Made by a program: the position numbers and the translations under genes | The notes under the pieces: model-generated | Databases searched by the model: none | Seen by the model: only the letters and a program-made list of their open reading frames with translations | What the model was told of the DNA's origin: nothing | Sequence record: NC_023610.1 | Strand: one strand, 5' to 3' | Length of the DNA stretch: 64,000 nucleotides | In this document: positions 1 through 8,692 of the stretch, piece after piece | Layout: the number at the start of each line of letters is the position of its first letter | Position numbering within the stretch: position 1 is the stretch's first letter

Positions 1-1
1 G

Positions 2-1648
2 AACTTTGTGGCGCAGACCAAGAAGATTAACCCGAACCAGGACGTCTTCACCGCGTGGCAGTCGTACAAAGCGGCTGACCTGCTGAAGATTGCCAACTTC
101 GTTTCCGATGCCCGTGCAACGGTTAACGGCCAACGCATCAGCGTGTGGGCAGTTAAGGTGTCTCCATTCCCTGGAGAAACCGCAGGAACGGACGGAACGG
201 TTATCCAGAAGAACCTGGAAGTCTTCAAGCAAGCGCAAGAGAAAGAACAGTACCAAGAGTCGGAAGCCGCAGCGCGAGCTATTCGTGAGAAGTACACGGG
301 CGTAAAAGTCAATGCACTCTCCGATAAAGGTCGTGTTGAGCTAACCAGTCGGGTTAACAACCTGATGGCGGACATGGCGAAAGCCACAGGGAACACATCA
401 GGGTACCAAGGGATTCCGACTGGGGGTGCGTACGGTACCTCGTTTGAGTCCGCAGGGACCGGCGGGATGTACGGGTCCGGTAATGTGCCGAAGGTGAAAC
501 TCTCGGGTTCAGCCAAACAGCACGCGGACACGGCAATGAAGTTTGCACAGGCGAACGGGATTGCCGGAGAAGAGTTGGCGTTGTTCATGGGAACGCTCGC
601 ACACGAGTCCGGTAACTTCTCTGCAACACTGGAGAAAGGGTCGGGCGCGAAGTACGAGAACAACAAGAACCTCGGGAACACTCAACCTGGCGACGGGGAG
701 CGGTTTAAAGGTCGTGGTTGGATTCAGTTGACCGGGCGTAACAACTACGCTCACTACGGGAAACTGACCGGTCTCGACTTGTTGAATCACCCTGAGCTGG
801 CAGAGATTCCAGAGAACGCCAACAAACTGGCAGTGGCCTACTGGCAAGACCGAGTCATTCCGATGATTCGACAGAAGCGTGCGAAGTTCGATGTTCTGAG
901 CGTAGCACGTGCGGTGAACGGTTGGTTTGAAGACCGGATGCCGAACGGAATGGATGACCGTATTCTGAAGACTAACCAGTGGCGACAGATTCTGAATGGC
1001 GGTGGTGACATCCCACTGTCTGACCGTGGGGCTTCCGAGAACCCGGGTGGGCAGGTACAGGCAGGTGGCGGACAGGAAACGACCCCACCGTTGTCACAAG
1101 CTGCTAAAGCAGCAAACCCATACGACTCAATTGCCAATTCAGTCACTTCTCCGAAAGGAGGAGCCGCTGGCGGACAGGAAACTGTACCGTCTATCGCGAA
1201 TGCTGCAACCGACCCAATTCCTACGGGAAGCGGACGCGGTCTACAGAACCTGAAAGGAATGAGTGCCTCTAACCCAACGATGCAACCGCAAGCCAACCCA
1301 TCGGCTGAGGTCGTTGACCACAAACGTCTGCAAGTGGCGCGTAGTGTGATTGAAAATAATCAGGTACGTCAAACGCAGCAGGCGGTAACCGAACAGGCGA
1401 AAGCCACAGGGTCGGCTGTGGAATGGTTAGAGAAATCGTATGGCGTGCAGAACGACTCCCTGACCCAACTGAAACAGTTGGTGAAAATCATCTCCGAAGG
1501 CGGCCTCTTTGGCGGCGCGAACGAGAAGAAAGGGGAGTCGAAGAATCCGTCCACCGCAGAACGCACCATGAACGATATCCCGATTAAGTCGGGGTTAGGT
1601 CAGAATGGTAGCGGTGCCCTGCCGTTCAGTACAAAACGCGGCGGTTAA
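2..1648 (+). CDS. C-terminal part of large tail (tape-measure-like, phiKZ gp181-position) protein with GH19 muramidase/chitinase-like domain; 5' end lies outside the window
   Basis: Frame is open from position 2. GH19 motifs AHESGNF, FKGRGWIQLTGRNNY and LLNHPEL are present. It sits directly upstream of a gp182-like gene. Confidence 0.8.
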   Translation, partial: NFVAQTKKINPNQDVFTAWQSYKAADLLKIANFVSDARATVNGQRISVWAVKVSPFPGETAGTDGTVIQKNLEVFKQAQEKEQYQESEAAARAIREKYTGVKVNALSDKGRVELTSRVNNLMADMAKATGNTSGYQGIPTGGAYGTSFESAGTGGMYGSGNVPKVKLSGSAKQHADTAMKFAQANGIAGEELALFMGTLAHESGNFSATLEKGSGAKYENNKNLGNTQPGDGERFKGRGWIQLTGRNNYAHYGKLTGLDLLNHPELAEIPENANKLAVAYWQDRVIPMIRQKRAKFDVLSVARAVNGWFEDRMPNGMDDRILKTNQWRQILNGGGDIPLSDRGASENPGGQVQAGGGQETTPPLSQAAKAANPYDSIANSVTSPKGGAAGGQETVPSIANAATDPIPTGSGRGLQNLKGMSASNPTMQPQANPSAEVVDHKRLQVARSVIENNQVRQTQQAVTEQAKATGSAVEWLEKSYGVQNDSLTQLKQLVKIISEGGLFGGANEKKGESKNPSTAERTMNDIPIKSGLGQNGSGALPFSTKRGG

Positions 1649-1652
1649 CTAT

Positions 1653-1681
1653 AGGGGGAGGAAACTCCCCCTTCCTTTTTT
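1653..1681 (+). terminator. Intrinsic terminator
   Basis: AGGGGGAG-GAAA-CTCCCCCT followed by a T-run. Confidence 0.8.
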
Positions 1682-1700
1682 AGCAACGGAGTAACAAGCA

Positions 1701-3884
1701 ATGATAACTGACAGCAGTTGGGTACGTCAGGGTAACCTACTCCCACGCAATGCCTTCAATCCGGAAGACACGTACTACCGAAACTACACCTCGGCGTATT
1801 ACAAGTTCACCGATACCACGCTGGGCGGGAACTTCGCCATGAACCCGCCTCCGCAGTTCTGTGATAACGCCGACCCGGTGGCACCTCGGTTCATGGACCT
1901 GTTGTCCCGTGAGAAGGACATGCCGTACGCTCCCGGGATGGGCCGTTGGTACAGTGAGAAGATTGATGACCCGGCTAACCTGTTGCACATTCGCTTTGGT
2001 ATTCCGGTGTACAACAGTTTGACCAGCTTCTTTGGTAACTTCTACAACGCAGATGATTCTCGTCTGGTGCGTACAGGTCGCTCCTGGAGCATCGGTTCCT
2101 TTATCGGTAAGGCGTTGGGTTGGGCGTTCTCGCTGCGTATGCTCCCGTTCATTCTGGTGGGGTCTACGCTGAAGTTCTTTGCAGGTACCACGTCAACGCG
2201 CTTCATGTACCTGAAGCCAATGATGGGAACCTACTGGAAATACGTGAACGACTTCGCCAACACCGTGGCCGCCAACATGGAGCTGACTGCCGGTTCTTCT
2301 TCCAGCTGGATGAAGTTTGCTGAGCAGGCGGGGATGACGCCAGGTAACTCCGGGAAACTGGATTACGAGAAAGTGAAGTCTGCTGCCGACGATGCCTTCC
2401 GCATTGCCGGGGATGAGCGCGACATGTACGCCAAGATGCTTCCTGACATCTACAAGACGAAGGACGGCAAAGGTAATGTGCTAACGGGGATTGACATCTA
2501 TTCGGTGGCAACCCGTGCACAGCGTCTGGCGAACGCCTTCAATGAAGGGGTGAACCGCATTGCTCAGGCAAACCAGGGAACTGCGAACGGGGTTATCTCG
2601 GGTATTCGTAAGTGGATGAACAACGGGGCGTCAAGTGACATCAACCAGAACTCCACCATTACTTACGCTACGACGGAAGACTTCCTGAATGCGTACTACA
2701 ATGGTGTGGATGGGAAGTTGAATGCGAACATGACGCAGTCAGCGGACGGTTCCGGGGAAGAAGGGGTTCAGACCACCGTTACAGCGCCCGCTACACCTGC
2801 TCAGGCGAACACGGCACCAACAGCAAACCCAGAGAACACCGCGAAGTCTCCAACCGAACAGGCGGCCTTACAGGCGCAGGGCGGTGGTGACCAGAACTTG
2901 CTGGTCTCGGCGTACGAAACGGTATCAGACTACTTCGGTTCGATTGCTGATGTGGATTCTGCTTACGCAACGTTCAAAGGGGCACAGCGCGACGGTTCCA
3001 TGTGGGTGACCTTCCGTATTGATGGTCGTCCATCGGTATCGGAATCGTTCTCCAACAGCGCGCGTGATTCTACGCTGGCGTCTGCGATTAACTCCACCTC
3101 TGCATCTAACCGTAACATGCGTAACGCTTTTGCGGACGGTAACATCGCCAATATCCCGGGGATGGAAACCGTGGTGAACTTTGTGAAGGATGCAGCCTCG
3201 TCCTTTGCGCAGTCCATGCAGATTGCAGGTTTGGGGGCATTGGCCGGTAACGCCTTCGTTGATATCCCGAAACACTACGATGAGTCGTCAGCGTCGTTCC
3301 AGGAAATGTCATTCGACCTACAGCTGCGCGCACCGTACGGTAATGACCTCTCTCGCTTCCAGTGTGAGATTCTCCCGGCCATCATGTTGTTGGCAGGTGG
3401 CTTACCGCGCTCAACCGGTACGCAGTCTTACAACGCACCGTTCCTGTGTGAGTGGTATTGCCGTGGTCGTGGTCAGTGTCGTCTGGGGATGATTAAAGAT
3501 ATCCAGATTACCCGTGGCGTCACCAACGCCCCGTGGAGCTCGGACGGTAAGTACCGTGGGGTTGACATTCGTGTGACCATCATGGACTTGTCTTCTGTCA
3601 TGCACATGCCGATGAACGAAGTCTCTGGGTGGCAGGTCATCGACCCTACCTCCTGGAACAAACTCCTGTTCCCGCAAGACTCGTCCTTCTCTGACTACAC
3701 CGCAGTACTGGCCTCATGTGGCCTGTCCGAGCAGGTGTACAAGATGGACAAGCTCAAGCGTAACTGGTATGCGAACATGAGCAGCTTCGATAAGTGGTTC
3801 TCCGTCAGTTCGCGCGTCAATGCGTTATTTGACGGGAACCGTGGGATGATTCTTTCGGCATTGTCGAAGGGTGACCGCGGATAG
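1701..3884 (+). CDS. Virion tail/baseplate structural protein (phiKZ gp182-like; possible T4 gp48-like C-terminal region)
   Basis: 727-aa ORF with RBS GGAG. C-terminal EMSFDLQLRAPYGND...PFLCEWYCRGR...LGMIKDIQITRG pattern; synteny with the tape-measure-like gene. Confidence 0.65.
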   Translation: MITDSSWVRQGNLLPRNAFNPEDTYYRNYTSAYYKFTDTTLGGNFAMNPPPQFCDNADPVAPRFMDLLSREKDMPYAPGMGRWYSEKIDDPANLLHIRFGIPVYNSLTSFFGNFYNADDSRLVRTGRSWSIGSFIGKALGWAFSLRMLPFILVGSTLKFFAGTTSTRFMYLKPMMGTYWKYVNDFANTVAANMELTAGSSSSWMKFAEQAGMTPGNSGKLDYEKVKSAADDAFRIAGDERDMYAKMLPDIYKTKDGKGNVLTGIDIYSVATRAQRLANAFNEGVNRIAQANQGTANGVISGIRKWMNNGASSDINQNSTITYATTEDFLNAYYNGVDGKLNANMTQSADGSGEEGVQTTVTAPATPAQANTAPTANPENTAKSPTEQAALQAQGGGDQNLLVSAYETVSDYFGSIADVDSAYATFKGAQRDGSMWVTFRIDGRPSVSESFSNSARDSTLASAINSTSASNRNMRNAFADGNIANIPGMETVVNFVKDAASSFAQSMQIAGLGALAGNAFVDIPKHYDESSASFQEMSFDLQLRAPYGNDLSRFQCEILPAIMLLAGGLPRSTGTQSYNAPFLCEWYCRGRGQCRLGMIKDIQITRGVTNAPWSSDGKYRGVDIRVTIMDLSSVMHMPMNEVSGWQVIDPTSWNKLLFPQDSSFSDYTAVLASCGLSEQVYKMDKLKRNWYANMSSFDKWFSVSSRVNALFDGNRGMILSALSKGDRG

Positions 3885-3887
3885 AGC

Positions 3888-3930
3888 AAAAAAAAAGAGA
3901 GGAGCGCAATGCTCCTCTCTTTATTCTCTT
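3888..3930. terminator. Bidirectional intrinsic terminator
   Basis: A-run, AGAGAGGAGC-GCAAT-GCTCCTCTCT, T-rich tail; lies between convergent genes. Confidence 0.85.
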
Positions 3931-3938
3931 TTATTCTC

Positions 3939-4439
3939 TTAATTAGGCGGGGTCCACACAGTCGGGTTTCCGGCCACCGAGGGCATCAATTGCATCATCC
4001 GTTTCGTCTTGGCGTCGAAGTAAATGAAGATGTTCGACCCGCCGCCATTAAAAGTACCGTAGGCGACCGAGGCGTACCCATTACGGTTAACGGAGGCGTA
4101 TGAGGAATAGCTACCTTGGTAAATCCAGTTAAACAACACCGTCCGTTGTTTGAGAATGTTTTCGTTCATGGTGTCGACGTCAGGGAAGCAGTGCTGAATA
4201 ACGCGCCCCTGATTGGAGTCGTATGTCACCTTAGTGTTCCACGGCGAACCCCACATTGTCCCACTAGGATTCTGGTTACAAACAATCTTCAGCGGACGGC
4301 TGATAGTGCCTAGCGAAGTATTCATTGCGCCCGACTGGATTGTCACGCCATCTAACTTACCACCTTGTAACCACGTCAAAAAATCTTGGTAGGCTTGGTC
4401 ATCTAACGGGGCTTTCGAACGAGCGAGCATCATTTCCAT
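3939..4439 (-). CDS. Hypothetical protein, possibly virion-associated (N-terminus MEMMLARSK)
   Basis: Within ORF 3939..4616, whose 5' part overlaps a terminator. Best RBS is GGGAG upstream of the ATG at 4439; alternative start at 4502. Confidence 0.55.
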   Translation of the reverse strand: MEMMLARSKAPLDDQAYQDFLTWLQGGKLDGVTIQSGAMNTSLGTISRPLKIVCNQNPSGTMWGSPWNTKVTYDSNQGRVIQHCFPDVDTMNENILKQRTVLFNWIYQGSYSSYASVNRNGYASVAYGTFNGGGSNIFIYFDAKTKRMMQLMPSVAGNPTVWTPPN

Positions 4440-4501
4440 TTCTAACTCCCAACATTGAACTTCAGGTACAGCGGGTACTCTGCGGTACTTACATAGCGAC
4501 A

Positions 4502-4528
4502 TAAAGAGAGGGCCTCGGCCCTCTCTGA
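4502..4528 (-). terminator. Intrinsic terminator
   Basis: AGAGAGGGCC-GA-GGCCCTCTCT-TTAT on the minus strand. Confidence 0.7.
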
Positions 4529-4536
4529 ATAACGAA

Positions 4537-5304
4537 TTACACCGTCGACGGGCAGGCGAACTGGTGCACTGAGTCCAGATGGCGCTCGATAGCGTAATGG
4601 GCTTCGCTCGCCTCAATCACATCTAGCTTCGAACTGGTAATCTTCTGGACGTGACAGATAATGGAGCCCGGGACCATTTTCAATTCCCTGGCCACAACCG
4701 TCAGTAAATCTTCCAGTACCACGAACATGGCGCGCAACGCCGGTTTGGTACACCCTACTACGAAGATGTTAAAGTTCAGTGTGTGGGTTGGGTACGCCGA
4801 TGTGTTGAACACTTCAACGACCTTACTTAGCACGTCCATAACTTCTTCACTGTTGTAGAAGCTCAGGTCGATGTGTGACCGCAGACGCTCCTTTAACTGG
4901 TACGGTTCGCTGTAGACGCTCAGGAACTGTGTAGGAGGCGTATGGAAGTGGTGGTGAATCCCACGCAAGATTTCCGTGAGTTCTTTTTCGATTTCCGTCG
5001 CACCGGTGGCGAACAAGGTGATGTCACGTTTACGGAGCCAGAGTCGATGCGTTTCCTTGACCGCCGTTTTAAAGTGTTTATCAAACATTTCCTGGGAATG
5101 ATTAGCGCACTTGTTGCGAGACAGGTAGTTGTCTAAGCGCTCATTATCCTTCGCCTCTTTGCTGACAATGCTCCGCAGCGTTCCGCCGGATTGGACATCG
5201 GAGAGGTGGAGGAAAAACGACTGGTTCATCAGTTGCCATTCGCGTTCAGTGTATTCCACAGAATGCTGGTTGAACACTTTGTCAAGGTCGATGATATTAC
5301 GCAT
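4537..5304 (-). CDS. Divergent thymidylate-synthase-fold-like protein, catalytic motifs apparently lost
   Basis: 255 aa, close to ThyA length. MRNIIDLDKVF resembles ThyA MKQYLELMQKVL; LLTVVARELKMVPGSIICHV resembles [20 protein letters not shown]. No PCH or QRSCD motif. Confidence 0.45.
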   Translation of the reverse strand: MRNIIDLDKVFNQHSVEYTEREWQLMNQSFFLHLSDVQSGGTLRSIVSKEAKDNERLDNYLSRNKCANHSQEMFDKHFKTAVKETHRLWLRKRDITLFATGATEIEKELTEILRGIHHHFHTPPTQFLSVYSEPYQLKERLRSHIDLSFYNSEEVMDVLSKVVEVFNTSAYPTHTLNFNIFVVGCTKPALRAMFVVLEDLLTVVARELKMVPGSIICHVQKITSSKLDVIEASEAHYAIERHLDSVHQFACPSTV

Positions 5305-5400
5305 GGTGTTATTTCCTTAGATACGAGTATACGAGTTGCCTTCGGTTCTTTAATGGCCCACGCCAGAACTCCCGGTCATAGTAAGGACACCATGACGTAA

Positions 5401-5439
5401 TAAAAAAACAAAAAAAAAGAAGGGCCGAAGCCCCTCTGT
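5401..5439 (-). terminator. Intrinsic terminator
   Basis: AGGGGC-TTCG-GCCCTT followed by a long T-run on the minus strand. Confidence 0.75.
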
Positions 5440-5829
5440 TTAATGGACCGTCAGATTTCCTGATTGGGCACAGGAATTCATCGGGATAAGTGCCAGTTCA
5501 CCGGTCACGTGTTTGATGGTAAACGACTTTTCTGGAATGACGTGCACCACTTCCACAAACGCACATAACGTCTCCGCGCTCATGACATCACTCATCATGT
5601 CGTTCATCAATTCACGGTACAATCCCCAGGCTTTCGGGTTAGAGAACTCGACACGAACGAAACAGGTGTTGCCACTGAATGACCCATCGTCGTTACGGCG
5701 CACATCCACCATACAGGAGAGATAGGACCTGTCCGTTTCTATTTCGTTCAACGGGGTGATGCGGTCTTCAAGTTCTACCGTCGAGCCATCGCTGAACGTG
5801 TACTTGTTTATCGTGTATCGACTTTCCAT
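5440..5829 (-). CDS. Hypothetical protein
   Basis: 129-aa ORF; TAATG overlap with the upstream gene. Confidence 0.7.
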   Translation of the reverse strand: MESRYTINKYTFSDGSTVELEDRITPLNEIETDRSYLSCMVDVRRNDDGSFSGNTCFVRVEFSNPKAWGLYRELMNDMMSDVMSAETLCAFVEVVHVIPEKSFTIKHVTGELALIPMNSCAQSGNLTVH

Positions 5830-6266
5830 TATTTCCTCACGAGATGGTTAGGTCGTTTACGCATGAATTCCTGGTACTCGGTCGAGTCTGACCAAGCCAG
5901 GATACTCTCCACGTGGACCATGATAGGGCGATGTGAAACCATCACCATCTTACTGTTGTGCTGTACGGTTCCTTCTGCCATCGGACGTTGGTGGAGTAGT
6001 TCTGACACCGTTTGACCGGCGTAAAACCCCATCACTTCCCCTGACGCCGGAACGTACTGTGCACCCACTTGTTTCGACACCTCACTGACCACCAACGACA
6101 CAGCCGTGAAGTACGCATGTGCAGCCCCACTCACCGGAACTAACAGTGGTGGGAAACGCATCTTATCGAAAACAACCACCGTTGCCAGGAATCGGACCGG
6201 CCCTTTCGGTGGCGTTTTCTTCCTCTTCTTCAAAATCTTAACAACCCATTGCTTTAACAGACCCAT
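5829..6266 (-). CDS. Hypothetical protein
   Basis: RBS GGAG before the ATG at 6266 (MGLLKQW). Confidence 0.7.
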   Translation of the reverse strand: MGLLKQWVVKILKKRKKTPPKGPVRFLATVVVFDKMRFPPLLVPVSGAAHAYFTAVSLVVSEVSKQVGAQYVPASGEVMGFYAGQTVSELLHQRPMAEGTVQHNSKMVMVSHRPIMVHVESILAWSDSTEYQEFMRKRPNHLVRK

Positions 6267-6311
6267 TGTGTCACTCCGCACGAAAAAGTGGGGGCACTCA
6301 GGCCCCGCAAG

Positions 6312-6782
6312 TTATCGGCCAAAGAGCGGATTAGGAACCGCTCCTGTATCAATCTCAAGTTTGCTCTGGGCGAACGCAAGCTTATAGTGAATCAATTTCT
6401 CTTCTACCCGGTAGGACAATTCATATCCAACGCCCCGTAGTTCTTCGGAGTCCAGGCGTAACCACGTCTCGATAGCCTGGTGTTCATGCTTGATAATGAC
6501 ATCGGCCAACAGGAAGCGCATCGCCCCTACAATCCCCATGTACATTGCCAGCTCCTGCATGACTTTACCCAAGTTTCGCATAGAGCTCCGCACCGCATCT
6601 TCACGAGACTGTCCAAGAATCTCGTTCAGGTCATCCGCCATTTTCTGCTGGGTCTTCATTGCGTTGGCGTACGGTGTGGTACCAATGTGCGACATGTAAA
6701 CATCAAGCGCCATGATAAGAGTCTGTTCGTACTTCTGGCGGTCGGTGGTTACATTCAGGTTTACTTCAAAGTCTAAGGCCAT
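6312..6782 (-). CDS. Hypothetical protein
   Basis: ATG 8 nt after the GGAG of the AAAACTACGGAG motif. Confidence 0.75.
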   Translation of the reverse strand: MALDFEVNLNVTTDRQKYEQTLIMALDVYMSHIGTTPYANAMKTQQKMADDLNEILGQSREDAVRSSMRNLGKVMQELAMYMGIVGAMRFLLADVIIKHEHQAIETWLRLDSEELRGVGYELSYRVEEKLIHYKLAFAQSKLEIDTGAVPNPLFGR

Positions 6783-6789
6783 TTTCAAT

Positions 6790-6803
6790 ACTCCGTAGTT
6801 TTA
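6790..6803 (-). promoter_or_regulatory. Repeated gene-start motif TAAAACTACGGAG (copy 1 of 5)
   Basis: Copies at 6790, 8671, 9198, 11967 and 12363, each ending in an RBS just before a start codon. Confidence 0.7.
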
Positions 6804-6814
6804 GCAAATTAAGG

Positions 6815-7069
6815 TTAGACGAACAGGGCAGAACCCGGGATGTCTTCAGGGAAGTCGATGGTGTCAGTGACCACGTCATCAATCTTCTCACGTTTGATTT
6901 CAAGGTGGCACGGTGTGTCGTACGGTTCCATCAGAAGGGGTTTGACCGCTGGTAGTACCCCTTTATGGTTTTCGTTCAACCAGTGCGCGTACGCTTCTTC
7001 AAAACCGAATGGGTCGAGGATAATGTAGAAGTTCCCTTGTACGTGCTCGTAGCCTTTATTGGTGGACAT
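6815..7069 (-). CDS. Small hypothetical protein, paralogue of 7357..7629
   Basis: YEHVQGNFYIILDPFGFEEAYAHWLNE aligns with YEHIGGDTFKVTDPEAVLLAYQEWLAN. Confidence 0.75.
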   Translation of the reverse strand: MSTNKGYEHVQGNFYIILDPFGFEEAYAHWLNENHKGVLPAVKPLLMEPYDTPCHLEIKREKIDDVVTDTIDFPEDIPGSALFV

Positions 7070-7081
7070 GGTGATTCCTTA

Positions 7082-7112
7082 CAAAAAAGAAGGGGACACA
7101 GCGTCCCCTTAC
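7082..7112 (-). terminator. Intrinsic terminator
   Basis: AAGGGGAC-GCTGT-GTCCCCTT followed by a T-run. Confidence 0.7.
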
Positions 7113-7115
7113 TTG

Positions 7116-7355
7116 TTAAACGTTAATGGCAGTGAAGATGGCAACGGTACCGTCTTCTTCGTTTTCGTGTTGACACAACACTTCACACGGGTAGCGAGTA
7201 GGGCGAGTTTCGACCACCCTATCAGGGCCTTCATCCCCCTCGCCGTAGACCCGGTTCATCCAGATAACGCACGCGGTGTCGTATGCAGTCTCGTCGTTAA
7301 CCAGGAAACGGCCGTTCCCAATCTCTACTACACCTGTTGCAATTTCTTCGGCCAT
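7116..7355 (-). CDS. Hypothetical protein (MAEEIATG...)
   Basis: RBS GAGG and ATG at 7355 immediately after the upstream TAG. Confidence 0.7.
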   Translation of the reverse strand: MAEEIATGVVEIGNGRFLVNDETAYDTACVIWMNRVYGEGDEGPDRVVETRPTRYPCEVLCQHENEEDGTVAIFTAINV

Positions 7356-7356
7356 A

Positions 7357-7629
7357 CTAACCTCGTTGTTGGTTACCGGATTGTACCCAAAGCTGATGTA
7401 TTTCCTCATCGCTCAAGTCACGCTTCCATTCATCAAAGATTTCCCCGCCGCGGGTGACGCGGGTGAAGGTCACGTTCATTGGGTAACCGTCAATAGGCGG
7501 AACTTCAACCGGATGGTCGGCTGCACCGTTACCTTCCATTTCGTTCGCCAGCCATTCCTGGTAAGCCAGTAAAACAGCTTCCGGGTCAGTGACTTTAAAG
7601 GTGTCGCCACCGATGTGTTCATACGCCAT
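7357..7629 (-). CDS. Small acidic hypothetical protein, paralogue of 6815..7069
   Basis: RBS AGGAG; shared YEH..G....DP.....AY..WL motif. Confidence 0.75.
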   Translation of the reverse strand: MAYEHIGGDTFKVTDPEAVLLAYQEWLANEMEGNGAADHPVEVPPIDGYPMNVTFTRVTRGGEIFDEWKRDLSDEEIHQLWVQSGNQQRG

Positions 7630-7645
7630 AGTTTTATCTCCTGGA

Positions 7646-8119
7646 TTAAAAGCCGTAGGTCATTTGGTCGTTACGGTCGTCTTCCGGTAATTCTGACACC
7701 GGGTCGTAGTCCGGGACATTACTGATTGCCTCGGTCTTACATTTCTTGTCACTGATTTCTTTGGCGTCTTTGTACACCTTCACGCCTTCACGCCAGCTGC
7801 CGTCAGGGAGCGTAGCGGAATAGACTACGTAACTGATGTTACCTTTGATGAAGCGGTAATACATCCCACCACCACCGGAGAATGCCGTGTACGCGTAGCG
7901 CACATTAGTGCGGTTCCCGTAAATTGCAAGTTCAGTGGTGTCACCTTTATGGAAGGCGTACAGTGGGCCGTCAGCGTCGTCAATAATGGAGACGCTGTGT
8001 TGCGCATCAAGTTCACAATGGAAAATGAGTGGGACGTTAACAGGGATGTCTTCCGCATGGGCTTTTACTTGGTGAGCCAGGAACACCGCACAGATTGCCA
8101 ATAACCATACACGAATCAT
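7646..8119 (-). CDS. Secreted/periplasmic protein with signal peptide and two cysteines
   Basis: MIRVWLLAICAVFLAHQVKAHA signal peptide with AHA cleavage site; beta-rich core FSGGGGMYYRFIKGNISYVVYS; Cys near each end. Confidence 0.7.
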   Translation of the reverse strand: MIRVWLLAICAVFLAHQVKAHAEDIPVNVPLIFHCELDAQHSVSIIDDADGPLYAFHKGDTTELAIYGNRTNVRYAYTAFSGGGGMYYRFIKGNISYVVYSATLPDGSWREGVKVYKDAKEISDKKCKTEAISNVPDYDPVSELPEDDRNDQMTYGF

Positions 8120-8661
8120 TTTACTTCTCCTTCTACTGCAAAGCTTGGGTGAGTTAAGACGTAGAACTTACCGTGTACGCCCATTTTACCGCGAGCGACC
8201 GTAATACCGATGTGGTCCATGAGTCTTTCGGCTTCAAGGACAACGGCTTCAAAGAACAGGTTGAATTCCCAGCCGTCGAGGCGTTTGGTTTCCACGCACT
8301 CCACCAATGCTCGCATTCCCGCCAGGGTTTCTGTTTTCGCTGCATCCATGCGGTTCACTATTACCGCACCATTGATTTCGCTGAGTGTCTGAGTTTCCAG
8401 CTCACCCAGACTCGGGTAGACCATGAGGTTAATTTCCTCTTCGTCCATCTTCCGTTTACGCAACGCCGACCACGTTTGGAAATACGGGAGTTCCATCACC
8501 TTGGTCCGGCTGTCACGGCCACGGCGTAACTCCATGTAGAGAATATAGTGGGCGACCGAAGCGGGAGTGAAGCCACAGTAGAACCCTTCCAGTACTGCGC
8601 CAATGCGGCCAGTCATCAGGGTGTTGATGCGAATGTCTTTCGTGTCAGTGTTGGTGTTCAT
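8116..8661 (-). CDS. Hypothetical protein
   Basis: 181-aa ORF preceded by the AAAACTACGGAG motif; ATGA overlap with the next gene. Confidence 0.75.
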   Translation of the reverse strand: MNTNTDTKDIRINTLMTGRIGAVLEGFYCGFTPASVAHYILYMELRRGRDSRTKVMELPYFQTWSALRKRKMDEEEINLMVYPSLGELETQTLSEINGAVIVNRMDAAKTETLAGMRALVECVETKRLDGWEFNLFFEAVVLEAERLMDHIGITVARGKMGVHGKFYVLTHPSFAVEGEVK

Positions 8662-8670
8662 CTTAAAATA

Positions 8671-8685
8671 CTCCGTAGTTTTAAC
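8671..8685 (-). promoter_or_regulatory. GTTAAAACTACGGAG motif (copy 2)
   Basis: Exact 15-mer. Confidence 0.7.
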
Positions 8686-8692
8686 AGGTTAG

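Noticed and set aside
5191-5400. 69-aa plus-strand ORF
   Set aside because: Antisense to the TS-like gene start and runs into the opposite-strand terminator; no RBS.
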